Positions 40,923-50,740 of a stretch of 64,000 bases of DNA are shown in pieces. Made by a program: the position numbers and the translations under genes. The first letter of the stretch is position 1; each line of letters begins with the position of its first letter. Source of the DNA: Candidatus Bathyarchaeota archaeon (GTDB lineage: Archaea > Thermoproteota > Bathyarchaeia > Bathyarchaeales > Bathycorpusculaceae); contig CAWABA010000006.1 in NCBI GenBank assembly GCA_963780185.1, positions 96,001-160,000 on the forward strand, given 5' to 3'. Below the pieces are notes generated by a model. The model did not search any database, was not told where the DNA came from, and worked only from the letters and a program-made list of their open reading frames with translations.

Positions 40923-41777
40923 ATGGATAAAAAGAAACTTGCAATCGCCATCCCTGCATCAACGATTTCAGACACGCCTCACATTCGGGAAAAAACCGCG
41001 AAGGTCGGGTTGATTGGGCGGGCAGCGGCGATTTTCAGGGTGAACGAAATCATTGTTTACCCAGACAGCCCTAAAACTAACCAGGCGCGAGACCTCGATT
41101 TCATGGTGCTTCTGCTTAACTATTTGGAGACACCTCAGTATCTACGCAAGAGCCTTTTCAAACTTGAGCCGAATCTGCAGTTTGCGGGGATTCTGCCGCC
41201 GCTCCGAACGCCTCATCATCCGGTGAGCGGTAAAACCCGTGATTTGAAAGTCGGCATGTACCGCGAAGGATTAGTGCTCTCCGAGGTAAAGGATGGCTTG
41301 CTTGTCGACATCGGGGTGGAGCAGCCTGCGATTTTGAGGGACAGGCAGTATGCTGTGGGTGACCGTTTAACGCTTCAGGTTGTTAATGTTGGCGAGCGCG
41401 TGCAGGTTCAGGCGGCAAACCGCGATGACATCGAGGCGTACTGGGGCTTTCAGGTACGCGCAGAAACCAAGCCGTTTCCTCAGTTTGTGGCTGATGGCGG
41501 TTTCGACTTGACGATTGCAACGGCTAGGATAGGCGTAGACATCGAAGAAGCCTCAGACAGGATAGATGCGAAATGGAGCCGCGCCCGAAGTGTTTTGGTG
41601 GCGTTTGGGGCGCCGTCGCGTGGGTTGCATGAGATTGCCAAAGACCAAGGCTCAAGGCTCGATGGGGTTGTTGACTTTGTGGTTAACACGATTCCTGGGC
41701 AGGGAACGGCGACGGTTAGGACGGAAGAGGCGATTTTTGCGTCTTTAGCCATCTTCAACGTCAAGTTTAACCGTTAG
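40923..41777 (+). CDS. SPOUT-family RNA methyltransferase (DUF171)
   Basis: ETPQYLRK, LPPLRTPHH and NTIPGQGTATVRTEEA motifs. Confidence 0.92.
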   Translation: MDKKKLAIAIPASTISDTPHIREKTAKVGLIGRAAAIFRVNEIIVYPDSPKTNQARDLDFMVLLLNYLETPQYLRKSLFKLEPNLQFAGILPPLRTPHHPVSGKTRDLKVGMYREGLVLSEVKDGLLVDIGVEQPAILRDRQYAVGDRLTLQVVNVGERVQVQAANRDDIEAYWGFQVRAETKPFPQFVADGGFDLTIATARIGVDIEEASDRIDAKWSRARSVLVAFGAPSRGLHEIAKDQGSRLDGVVDFVVNTIPGQGTATVRTEEAIFASLAIFNVKFNR

Positions 41778-41793
41778 TTTCTCCGTTTTCTAA

Positions 41794-43065
41794 TTGCTGG
41801 GTGCTTCGGAGCTTTTTTGGCTTTTGGCTAAAGAAATAAATGCGTCGCCGATAATTGCTCTCTCTATGTTTACCCTTGACGTCGCCATGCCTTTGGCCTT
41901 ATTCGGTGTAATTGTTGTTGCCCTGTTTTTGAATAAGCGCACGGAAGGCCGATTGATGTCAACTGTTGAGGAGAAGCAGTTCAAAATTAAAGATGTAATT
42001 GTCCTCGTCGTATTCATGGCTATAATCGTTTCAGGCTTAGCTCTAGCCGCCATCTACACACCTGGAGAACTCTTCAGCGACGTAATTCTTGTATTCTTCT
42101 TGTTCTCATACACCATGCTGCTGTTCACAATCTCATACTTGTTCAGCGGCATCCCAAAAGTCCGCGCGCAGCTTCTTTCAGTGGGGTTCGGCGCTGCCTC
42201 CATCATCGCAGGCGCAGCCTGCGCGTTACCGCCGCTCCAAGATGCCTTCACCATACTGAGAGTTGCAGCCTTCATGGGGTTAGCAGCGTTTTGCTTCGGC
42301 GTCGCCTTTTACGAGCGGAAAAACACGGTCCATAAAGAGCGTTGGTATGTTGCTGCGCAGCCTCCAGCGATTTTTGTTTTGCTGTTTGTCTTCTTTAACT
42401 TTTTAAATAACGCGGGAACAGCGGCGATTTGGGCTCCGTATCTTATGGATGTTTTCGCTTTAACCTTCGCCGTTCTAATTATCCTGTATCTAAGCACACT
42501 ATTTAATTGGAAGACAGTTGGGCTTTTTGCAGTTCTCTTAACAGCAATGGATATCATTTTGGTCATCGGAAGCACCGCAATGGTTACTGCGGCAACTAAA
42601 TTTAGCGGACTTGGGCTTCCAGTACTCGTTTCCCTGCCCAACATCCCCATTAAGATGGTTACAATTCCAAACTCTACCGCTTTGGCCATCGGTTTCAGAG
42701 GACTTGGTTTAGGCGACTTTTTCTTTGCTGGCATCCTTATAGTTCAAACGTACAAAAGATTCGGTCAAAAGACTGCCCTTATCGCTGCAACCGTTATAAC
42801 GATAGTTTTTGGCATTTGGGACGGTTTCTTATTTGATTTGGTAAATTGGATTAGTTCGATTGTTGGACGAAACATAGGTGGCATGCCCGCTACCGTTTTT
42901 ATTATTACGGGGTGGGCGCCTGTAATCGCGGTGGCGCTTTGGCTTGAACACAGAAAGAAAGCAAACCTGCCAGCGGCAACTCCCACGGTCGAGCCCGTTC
43001 AAGACGCAAACGTGCCTGTTGCTAGCGAGCCAACTCAAACTACGCAAGAACCGGGAACCTGCTGA
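41794..43065 (+). CDS. Presenilin/signal-peptide-peptidase-like intramembrane aspartyl protease
   Basis: TAMD, GLGLGDF and MPA motifs; multi-TM; exact start uncertain. Confidence 0.8.
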   Translation: MLGASELFWLLAKEINASPIIALSMFTLDVAMPLALFGVIVVALFLNKRTEGRLMSTVEEKQFKIKDVIVLVVFMAIIVSGLALAAIYTPGELFSDVILVFFLFSYTMLLFTISYLFSGIPKVRAQLLSVGFGAASIIAGAACALPPLQDAFTILRVAAFMGLAAFCFGVAFYERKNTVHKERWYVAAQPPAIFVLLFVFFNFLNNAGTAAIWAPYLMDVFALTFAVLIILYLSTLFNWKTVGLFAVLLTAMDIILVIGSTAMVTAATKFSGLGLPVLVSLPNIPIKMVTIPNSTALAIGFRGLGLGDFFFAGILIVQTYKRFGQKTALIAATVITIVFGIWDGFLFDLVNWISSIVGRNIGGMPATVFIITGWAPVIAVALWLEHRKKANLPAATPTVEPVQDANVPVASEPTQTTQEPGTC

Positions 43066-43732
43066 TAGAATAGATTTTGTAATGGTAATTGATATTTTGT
43101 CTAGCAAATTATTTAAAACAAAACTCTGTATAGCACTAAAAGTAAACTTATGCCCTCTGCTATTAAACTTCAGGATTTTAATGAAGCAGAAAAATTCATT
43201 AATTAATTATTACTCGGGTGTTCAAGTATCGCTGGGTGAGCGCCTCTTAGGATTAGGTGCTGTTCTTTTTGCGCTATTCCAAGTGACTAGTTGGAGCAGA
43301 TCAGGGCTTGCAGCAATATCAACTTATAAAATTACGTTTTGGATGATAAGCTTTTCACCAAAATTATTTTTATACTTTTTTGCCGTTTTTATGCTGATAC
43401 TTTACATGGCTCGTACAGGTTTGAGGTATGCCTCTGTTTCGGGATATTTGAACATAATTATTACTTTGGAACTGATTAACGACATTACTTCCTCAATACA
43501 TGGGGCGATAACTAAAGAGAGTTACAAAAGAATGGTTGAAGCAAAAGTCAAAATATTTTATCTCCTTCCATTTCAATGGTTTTTGTCAGGCGAAACAAGT
43601 TTAGATTCGGCTGAGGGGAAAAAATTTAACAAAAGATCAAATATTCGAGGTTGGGTGTTGTCAATTGTTATTTCACTTATTCTTACCGGGCTAATGTTTT
43701 GGATTTTACAAGAAATTCTATTCCCAATATGA
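42944..43732 (+). CDS. AT-rich hypothetical membrane protein; start uncertain
   Basis: Long ORF with TM segments; composition differs from the flanks. Confidence 0.5.
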   Translation: MNTERKQTCQRQLPRSSPFKTQTCLLLASQLKLRKNREPADRIDFVMVIDILSSKLFKTKLCIALKVNLCPLLLNFRILMKQKNSLINYYSGVQVSLGERLLGLGAVLFALFQVTSWSRSGLAAISTYKITFWMISFSPKLFLYFFAVFMLILYMARTGLRYASVSGYLNIIITLELINDITSSIHGAITKESYKRMVEAKVKIFYLLPFQWFLSGETSLDSAEGKKFNKRSNIRGWVLSIVISLILTGLMFWILQEILFPI

Positions 43733-43860
43733 AAAATTGACATTGACTAAATTGTCGCTCATACTGATTTGTTGACTGTTAGATTAATGAACATATCTAA
43801 AAGATTACAAAGGGTGAAAAAGTTTAGTTATGGGTAGTAAAACACCCATTAACGGCATGT

Positions 43861-44183
43861 TTACCCGAATAGGGCGCCTAATCCTTCTAACGCTGCTTCT
43901 TCTTTGGCTTTTTCTTCTTCAGCTTTCTTCTTCTTGTCTTCTGGAGGTGCGGCTGCTGGTTTTGCTTCTGCGCCTGCTGGTGCTGCGACTGGAGCGGCTG
44001 CCATCATTGTGGTGCTGCCTTGAGCGCCTCATCAATGTTTACTTCGCTCAGTGAAGCTACGAGTGCTTTAACTTGAACCACGTCAACTTCTATTCCTGCT
44101 GCTTTGAGAACGGCGGTTACTGAATCTTCGTTTATTTCTTTTCCTGCCTTGTGAAGGAGCATCGCTGCGTAAATGTTTTCCAT
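43861..44183 (-). CDS. rpl12: 50S ribosomal stalk protein P1/L12; indels in the consensus
   Basis: [19 protein letters not shown]...A-rich hinge...[10 protein letters not shown]; GAGGTGA RBS. Confidence 0.93.
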
Positions 44184-44296
44184 ACCTTTTCACCTCTTCA
44201 ACGGACTATTTTAACTTTTCAGTTGGTCGAACCAGCCTCTTTCATGATGCTGGTCGTTACCTTGAATTGCAGTTGATTCTGCATTCTGTTGCCGTT
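44184..44296 (-). promoter_or_regulatory. Structured 5' leader of rpl12
   Basis: AACGG/CCGTT helix enclosing three hairpins, between a TATA-like CTTAAGTA and the RBS. Confidence 0.45.
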
Positions 44297-44463
44297 AGGG
44301 AAAAGACCCAATTACTTAAGAACTTTTCGTACTTCCCTTGAGTAGGTTACCGTTTATCGGGTTTGCCAGCGAATTTCTCAAGAAAAGAGTCGGCGTGAAA
44401 ACTAATTAATAACTTAGACAGATGAGTGTAAGAGCCACATAAAAAAACTGAATCAGTGAAAGT

Positions 44464-45381
44464 TTGCGCTTCAAAACGTTACATCCGCCATATTCGCGAA
44501 ACAGCAAGGTTCTGCTAACGTTAGTCATAGCAGCCTTGATTATTCTCAACTTTTCTATTTTGATGTCTGCTTACCCCCAAACTTTTAAGTTAGACGGGGG
44601 CGGGGCGCTTGCGAAAGATTTTTCAGCGTATTACGTAGGCGCATGGCGACTTTGGCACAACCCCACAGGCTTGTACACCCGGGGAGCAATCAACGACGGC
44701 GAGCCAACCATTAATCCGCAGCCGCAAGACTACAAGTACCTGCCTTCTTTTCTGCTATTGGTCTCTCCATTCCAGATTCTCAGTTACCATCAAGCGTTCA
44801 TCGCGTTTGACCTTTTTCAATTTGCCCTTTTGCCCTTGATTGCGCTGTTGCTTTATCAGTTGCTGTATCGGAAGGGCTTGGTTGTGGTTTTGGTTGTTGC
44901 CGCGGTTGTTTTGCTGCCTTTTCCTTTGCCGCATTGGGGGTCCCTCGCCACTTACTTCTGGCAATGGGCTGAAGGTCAAGCTAAAGTCTTCGAAACCTTC
45001 CTTTTCCTCTTATCATTCTACCTCGGAGCCAAAAACAAGCCCCTTGCCTCAGGAATCGTCTTCGCCTTCGCCGCCTTTGACCCAAGGTTTGCCCTCCTCG
45101 GGTTGCCCCTTTTCCTTTTCTACAACAAAAACAGCATCACCTTCACAGTGAAAACCGCCTTCGCCACAATAATCATGTCAAACATCATTCTTCTTTACCC
45201 CGCAATAGCCCAATCGTTCTGGAACGTAATTCTCACGCGCGGCTTAGGCACCACCCTCTATGCTTACGCCTACATTCCCTTGCTAACATTAGCTGCTTTG
45301 AATCTTGTCAATTTCAAAGATATTATGGCGAATTTTTTTGAGACGTGTGAACGGTGGATGGACAGTCGACGTCAGGTTTAA
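44464..45381 (+). CDS. Glycosyltransferase family 87-like membrane protein
   Basis: KDFSAYY, YKYLP and EGQ motifs; multi-TM. Confidence 0.75.
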   Translation: MRFKTLHPPYSRNSKVLLTLVIAALIILNFSILMSAYPQTFKLDGGGALAKDFSAYYVGAWRLWHNPTGLYTRGAINDGEPTINPQPQDYKYLPSFLLLVSPFQILSYHQAFIAFDLFQFALLPLIALLLYQLLYRKGLVVVLVVAAVVLLPFPLPHWGSLATYFWQWAEGQAKVFETFLFLLSFYLGAKNKPLASGIVFAFAAFDPRFALLGLPLFLFYNKNSITFTVKTAFATIIMSNIILLYPAIAQSFWNVILTRGLGTTLYAYAYIPLLTLAALNLVNFKDIMANFFETCERWMDSRRQV

Positions 45382-45521
45382 AAGGCAAGAAATCGCCGTG
45401 GATTTAAGCGAACGGTTCGGTGGGAACTGAATCGCGTGGTTTTTTGGTGGAGGCGGGCTTTCTTGTTCACAATACTTATCTTTAGGTTGGGCACATGGGG
45501 TTATTTACAAGGGTCGTCACT

Positions 45522-46494
45522 ATGGGAAATATTACAGTCGCCGTTCTCGGCGCTTTAGGATACGGTGGCAGCATCGGCAAAAAGGGAACATCCACAGACC
45601 TAACATTCTACAACGTGAAGAAAGGTGAAGATACAATAACCCTTATCGAGCCGACACGGTACCCTGAACGCTTAGCGCCTCTATTCTACGCTGTTTCCCT
45701 CGCCAAAAAAGCCATAGTCGTAGTAGACCAAATAGACGCTACCTTCGGCGAATGCTTAGTTATGCTTCAATGCTCAGACATCAAAGAAGGCTACTTCGTT
45801 TTAAGAAACTACATTCCGAAAGAAAAAATCGAACCTCTAATCAAAGGAACCAGCCTGGAAAAATTCCAGTTCGTAGGCGACGACGCCAACTTCCTGCGCG
45901 AGCAGCTTTTGGCAGAAGCTTCCAAGCAAGGTCCCGTCGAGATTCCAGCTGGGCAGCAGGCGGTTGGGGCGGTTCCAGTTGACCACTCTTTTAACGTTAA
46001 AGGCGTCGGTGTAGTTGTGCTCGGCGTAGTGGTTTATGGGGCTGTGCAGAAACATGAAGCTCTCAGTGTTTTGCCAGCGGGGAAGTCGGCGCAGGTTCGT
46101 TCGATTCAGAAGCACGATGACGAGTTTGATGTTGCAGGCGAAGGCGACCGTGTGGGGCTTGCCTTGAAAAACATCGAAGTTGAAGATTTGGATCGGGGCA
46201 CAGTTCTGACAAATGACCCGTCAATCAAGACGGCATCTAAGCTGGAAACACATGCTTCTTTGATTAAGTATTGGCAGACCCCGATAAAGGCGGGGATGGT
46301 TATGCATGTTGGCCATTGGACGCAGTTCTTAACCGCCAAAGTCGAAGCGGTGACAGACGGAGGGCGACTGGAGAAAACCAACCTTGACTTTAACGCTGGA
46401 TAAACCGCTAATCCATCGCCCAAACGATAGGGCAGTGCTGATGTATTTGGAGGGCGCAAAGCTCCGCGTCGCAGGAAACATAGCCTTACCCTAA
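45522..46494 (+). CDS. Archaeal SelB-like translation factor homolog (EF-Tu domain II, degenerate G domain); frameshift near the 3' end
   Basis: GKKGTSTD, VDHSFNVKGVG, RSIQKHD, GDRVGLALK and DRG motifs. Confidence 0.85.
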
Positions 46495-46556
46495 CCTGGG
46501 TAAAAAAGAAAAAATCAACTAAAAATTCACTGCAAAAAGGTGGGAAAGAGGGGAGC

Positions 46557-46779
46557 TTACCGCGGAAGTGCTGCTTCTCTTTCAACTGCGACTTTTATGG
46601 CTAAAATCAGGATTGTGTAGACGATGGGTAATGCAGCGATGGTCCAGATTGGCACGGAATAGTCGTAAGCCATCCAACATGAAATAATCCATGGCGGCAT
46701 TGAAAACTTGGATAACTAATACGAACCGCACAATTTTCCACACCGCTTGATGAGAAATTTGAATGTCGAAGTTTCTCAA
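46557..46779 (-). CDS. Small two-TM membrane protein; frameshifted
   Basis: MRNFDIQ...VWKIVRFVLVIQVFNAAMDYFM continues as WMAYDYSVPIWTIAALPIVYTILILAIKV. Confidence 0.55.
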
Positions 46780-47224
46780 GTTTTCACTTCCCACAAGAAA
46801 TTGCGTCTTTCGAACGACGCTAATTGAAAACATTCCCGTCAGCTTTAATAATTCTATGTGGTTGTGTCGGGCTAGCAACACAGTTGCCGTCGCCAACCCC
46901 GCGAAAAATCTGGAATCTTTCCTTCAGAGGTGGGGATAATAGTTCCTTCCTTTAGGATATTCAAAATGGTTCTCCGTGCATAATTTGATTTTGCTTTTAA
47001 AATATGTAAAAATATGAATTGAAATTCTACTAAAAGATGTCGTACATTGAAAAAGACATTTTTTTGTTCAAACAAGCAACATTCGGCAAAAATTGCGTTA
47101 ATTTGTCTGCCAAACAATAATATGGTGCTTGCTTATTATTCTATTTTCAGATACAATTTTGATTAAGAAATGATGAAAAATTGGTATTCTTTATGAATAT
47201 AAAAAGAAGCGTGTTCTTTTTTGG

Positions 47225-47750
47225 AGCCAACGTCATTGGAGCAACCGGGGAAAGTTCTTTTGGCGAAGCTTGGAAGCGGTAAGCCCGGTTCCTCAGTTTT
47301 CCACTTACAAGTGGTCCCTGGAAAAGATCGGCTGGCGGCAACTTTTAGAAGCGAAGGTTCCCCAAAAGGCGGTTTTTCAGCATACGATAATTCAGGAAGG
47401 CCCTTCGGCGTCATAATCATGATTGACCTGAGAAGGGTGGCCGGGGAAATAGCGGCTTCGGATGCTGATTGAAAACTGAATCACCTTCGTCGTGCAAGGG
47501 TGATGTCTGTGTGGGGAGAACCAACGTTCTAAACGCTGTCGCCAGCCTAAGAGACCCAAGGATGATTGCAGATTTTAGAAATACCTGATTTAATTCGTCT
47601 CAGAGAATTGGAAGTTGTCTCCTTAGTCAAATCTATCCTTGGCAATATCTTAGCGACCGCTTTGCTGCAAAGTTCTACGGGCGACTTGAGGGCTCTTCGG
47701 TCTCCGAATAAGAGTTTTGAAATGCCTAAAAAATTGGTTGTCGTTAACGT
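47225..47750 (+). ncRNA. Candidate large multi-domain structured RNA (~520 nt)
   Basis: TATAAAAA at 47198-47205; nested helices across the whole interval with G-U pairs on the + strand; no convincing ORF. Confidence 0.7.
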
Positions 47751-47798
47751 AAATTCTTATTTGTTGCGTGTGCCTTACCTTTGTGGCGGGAGCTTTCT

Positions 47799-48263
47799 AT
47801 GAGCGATATGGAGCTTAGGGTTTCAAAGATTAAGGATGGCACGGTGATTGACCATATTAGAGGCGGATACGCGCTTGATGTTGTCAGGATTTTGGGGATA
47901 ACGGGTAAGGAAAAACTGGTGATTACCATCGCCATCAACGTTCCGAGCAAACGTTTCGGCGCCAAAGACATCGTGAAGATTGAGGGTCGAGCCATTAACC
48001 CGCAGGAAGTTAACCGAATAGCCTTGGTTGCTCCCCACGCGTCAATCAACATCATCCGCAACTACAAAGTCCTCGAGAAAGTCGAGGTTAAACTGCCAGC
48101 AACCATCGAAGGCATAATCGAATGCGTAAACCCCTGCTGCATAAGCAACAGCGACGAACCCGCAGCGCCAAAATTCTACGTCAAAAACGAGGAACCCCTA
48201 ACACTCAAATGCCACTACTGCGGCGTAACCCTGGAACAAGCCGACATCCTGCAGCAGCTTTAA
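47799..48263 (+). CDS. pyrI: Aspartate carbamoyltransferase regulatory subunit
   Basis: GTVIDHI, KDIVKIE, CVNPCCIS and CHYCG motifs. Confidence 0.96.
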   Translation: MSDMELRVSKIKDGTVIDHIRGGYALDVVRILGITGKEKLVITIAINVPSKRFGAKDIVKIEGRAINPQEVNRIALVAPHASINIIRNYKVLEKVEVKLPATIEGIIECVNPCCISNSDEPAAPKFYVKNEEPLTLKCHYCGVTLEQADILQQL

Positions 48264-48699
48264 CGCCGAATCTTTTGATTTAGCCTTTCCTGTGCCAGGT
48301 CGAAAAGTTTTTTGAAGTCGGCTTTGTCGAGCGGTTTGCCTTGATTTATTCCTGGGCATTCAACTGTAAAATCAAAATCGTATGATTCTTTGTTCTCGTT
48401 GAATTTGAGTTCAAACGGGTAAAACATGCAGATTAGGGTTCTTAGTGGGTAAATGCTGCATCGGTTGTCTTTGAGGAAGACGCATTTGCCTTCGCTTGAC
48501 TTCTTCATCTCGTAAACATAAGGGCGCTTGCCGTCAACTTCCACACAAAAACCAGCTATCTGCTGCCCAGTTTCCGCGCGATCCTTTCAGCTTCGCCTTT
48601 CAAAAGGAGAATGTGCCTTGTTTTTTGCGCTGTGTCGCCGCAGCATAAGCCGCATCGGCTGCATTCAAACCGCACCTTAACGGGGTAAGCAAAGTCCAC
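48260..48699 (-). CDS. YkgJ-family cysteine cluster protein; frameshifted
   Basis: FECSRCGLCCGD...CVFL...CSIYPLRTLICMFYPF...CPG. Confidence 0.85.
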
Positions 48700-48747
48700 G
48701 TTGATTCAACAAGTATAGCTTAAAATGCGGCATAAAAAAGTTGGCGG

Positions 48748-48929
48748 TCACTTCTGTTTTTCTTCAGGCGCTTTGCTGCGGTGTCCTTCGCCGTACTGGA
48801 AGGGTCTGCCGAGGTTTTTCGCCAGTTTTTTCTCGAAGGCTTCATCCATGTTCATGTTGGGGCAGGCTAAGCGGCTGGCATCTAAAACGTAAAACGTTTA
48901 TCACGTAATAAGCTTTCAGCTATTTTCTC
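48748..48929 (-). pseudogene. C-terminal half of a MazG-like NTP pyrophosphohydrolase
   Basis: EKIAE, then indels, then TFYVLDASRLACPNMNMDEAFEKKLAKNLGRP. Confidence 0.7.
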
Positions 48930-49094
48930 GCAAGATGCTCTTGTTATGAAGAAAAAACATCGACTACGTTCATTTAAGAAAATATGCGCCAATCTGAAAG
49001 CTGCCCTTAGTTAGGTCCTAATATAGGCCAACAAATAGCCTTCGGAAATCAAAAGATCAACGGTCTGCTTACGGAAAATTTAAAATTCAGAATC

Positions 49095-49820
49095 TTGTAC
49101 AGAAAGACTGGTTTAGCAAAAAGAATGAGAGGGTCAATAATGAAAGAAATGGATGAAGAACAGGTGCTATGTTTCGAAAGTAAGCTGTTGTCCGGATATT
49201 CTTCTCAGAAGGTTTTCTACATTCAATTCCTTTGGGATCAAATTCGAAGAAACCTTATTGCCCTTCCAAGATCCGAAGCAGAACAAAATTTTCAGTATAA
49301 ACAACTTATTGCTTATGGTATCATAAAATCAAATGAATGCTACTTAACCTACAAAAGAACCCCTAAAGGAGGGGAAAGCAGGCTCTGGAAAAGATACTCA
49401 ATAGGCATTGGCGGACATATTAATAGCGGAGATCAAAGTCAAAAAGAAATGGCGGAATTTGGCTCAAAGAAAACCAGAAACTTAAGCTTTTTTTATACAG
49501 CAGTCCAGAGAGAGATTGACGAGGAGATTATGGTGGAACCACCTTATTTATTGAGTAAGCCGGAGCTGAAATTTTTCATAAATGATGATTCTGATGAAGT
49601 CGGAAAAGTTCATTTTGGGTTGGTTTGGCTATACGAAATCAAGTATCCAAAAGATATTCATACACAAAGTAAAGTTACAGAAAAAAAAATAGTTAGAGGA
49701 ACAAAAGGGCTGGCAGAATTGGATTTTCTTGATATTGAGACTTTGAAGGCTAACAAACCGCATTTTGAGAGTTGGTCGCAATTAATAATAGACGCGATTT
49801 CAGGGGGTCAATTTATTTGA
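49095..49820 (+). CDS. Predicted NUDIX-family phosphoesterase (COG4112-like)
   Basis: YKQLIAY, GGESRL, SIGIGGH, REIDEE and INDDSDEVGKVHFG motifs; true start probably 49140-49149. Confidence 0.85.
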   Translation: MYRKTGLAKRMRGSIMKEMDEEQVLCFESKLLSGYSSQKVFYIQFLWDQIRRNLIALPRSEAEQNFQYKQLIAYGIIKSNECYLTYKRTPKGGESRLWKRYSIGIGGHINSGDQSQKEMAEFGSKKTRNLSFFYTAVQREIDEEIMVEPPYLLSKPELKFFINDDSDEVGKVHFGLVWLYEIKYPKDIHTQSKVTEKKIVRGTKGLAELDFLDIETLKANKPHFESWSQLIIDAISGGQFI

Positions 49821-49879
49821 TTTACACCGGTTCGGGTTCTAACAACTCGTTCCCTTGAACTCTCCTGATTCGGACCCGT

Positions 49880-50038
49880 GACTTTTTCTTCTGGCAAACC
49901 TTTTTTCCAAGCGTCGCTTGCTTCGCCTAATTCGATGAATGCGAAAAGAAGCTTTTTCGGGATGTCTTCCAACCTGTTGTAGAATCCTTTTGCAATTACC
50001 AACACTTCAATTTGCTTCTTCATTTTTTCCAGATTCAA
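49880..50038 (-). pseudogene. N-terminal half of a MazG-like protein
   Basis: GGGGA RBS, TTG; MNLEKMKKQIE...KGF...KKLLFAFIELGEASDAWKKG. Confidence 0.7.
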
Positions 50039-50064
50039 CTTGGCTTCCCCAAACGTCAACAAAA

Positions 50065-50443
50065 GCCGATTTTCTTGCAGCTTAAATGGTGTTTTGTTAT
50101 TATTTCGGAATGTTATTAAAAGAGGTCCAAACCAATTTGGATCAAGTGTAGTTGCAATATGTGAAAGTCCTTGTGTTACGAGGGAGACCTTAGAGTGGAA
50201 CAAACCGCCTATTCTTTTTGAAACCCATAGAGATTCTCGAGTTAGAATTAGAATTGTGCTCTCGGGTGGTAGATCATAATAGCCATCGACTGGCTTAATT
50301 AGGGAACACTGATCAAGGGAATAAACAAAATCGCCGACATGAAAATCGTAGCCAACTGGAGTCACCCCTTCTGGAAAGAAATTGTCAATAACGATGTCTT
50401 TCCCAAGCAACTTCGTAATATCCTTGTCGGTTAAGAGGGACAT
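50065..50443 (-). pseudogene. dcd: dCTP deaminase/dUTPase-family gene, apparently C-terminally truncated, reading in frame into the mazG half
   Basis: LTDKDI, PVGYDFHVG, LTRESL, SKVSL and LDPNWFGPL motifs. Confidence 0.75.
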
Positions 50444-50740
50444 TAATTGCCACAAGGATAGTATGAGTAATTTACTTTTAAGCTTTAGTACCTAAAGAAA
50501 TGAATAGTTTGCGCCTTCATCAGCTAATAAACTGTAGCTTTTGCCATACTCTGATCAATTGCGGAATAACAAAAATGTGCATCGGCAAAAGAAGCGGCAC
50601 TCGAAATTGTTTTCCAGAATAGTTAGTCCATTTATACTTAAACCGTGAAGCGCAGGCTTGACTGTTGCCTGTGACTGCTTGTGTACTACCACAAATTTTT
50701 ATAATCTCGCCGAAGTAGCAGTTACTTAGCGAACAAAAAC

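Noticed and set aside
43861-44183. Programmed frameshifting or widespread pseudogenisation
   Set aside because: Indels occur in ribosomal P1/L12 and many unrelated genes, often at short homopolymers; consensus sequencing error is the simpler explanation.
45522-46494. Selenocysteine machinery
   Set aside because: The protein lacks intact GTPase motifs and fits the archaeal SelB-like family; no tRNA-Sec or credible UGA-readthrough gene was seen.
47225-47560. SRP RNA or RNase P RNA
   Set aside because: The topology is loosely SRP-like and GCCGGGGAAATAGCGGC faintly recalls helix 8, but the canonical AGG-stem-GGAA-stem-AGC motif and the RNase P terminal conserved regions are not recognisable. 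Needs cmscan for certainty.
47163-47802. Short ORFs at 47221-47472, 47163-47420 and 47566-47802
   Set aside because: No recognisable motifs or RBS; better explained as chance ORFs over a structured RNA.
48960-49150. Missing dcd C-terminus located upstream of the NUDIX gene
   Set aside because: Only an 8-nt AAGAAAAT match and weak peptide resemblance across stops; not supportable by eye.
49808-50455. Genuine dCTP deaminase-MazG fusion enzyme
   Set aside because: Both domains look truncated, the MazG half keeps its own RBS and start, and its other half lies about 1 kb away.
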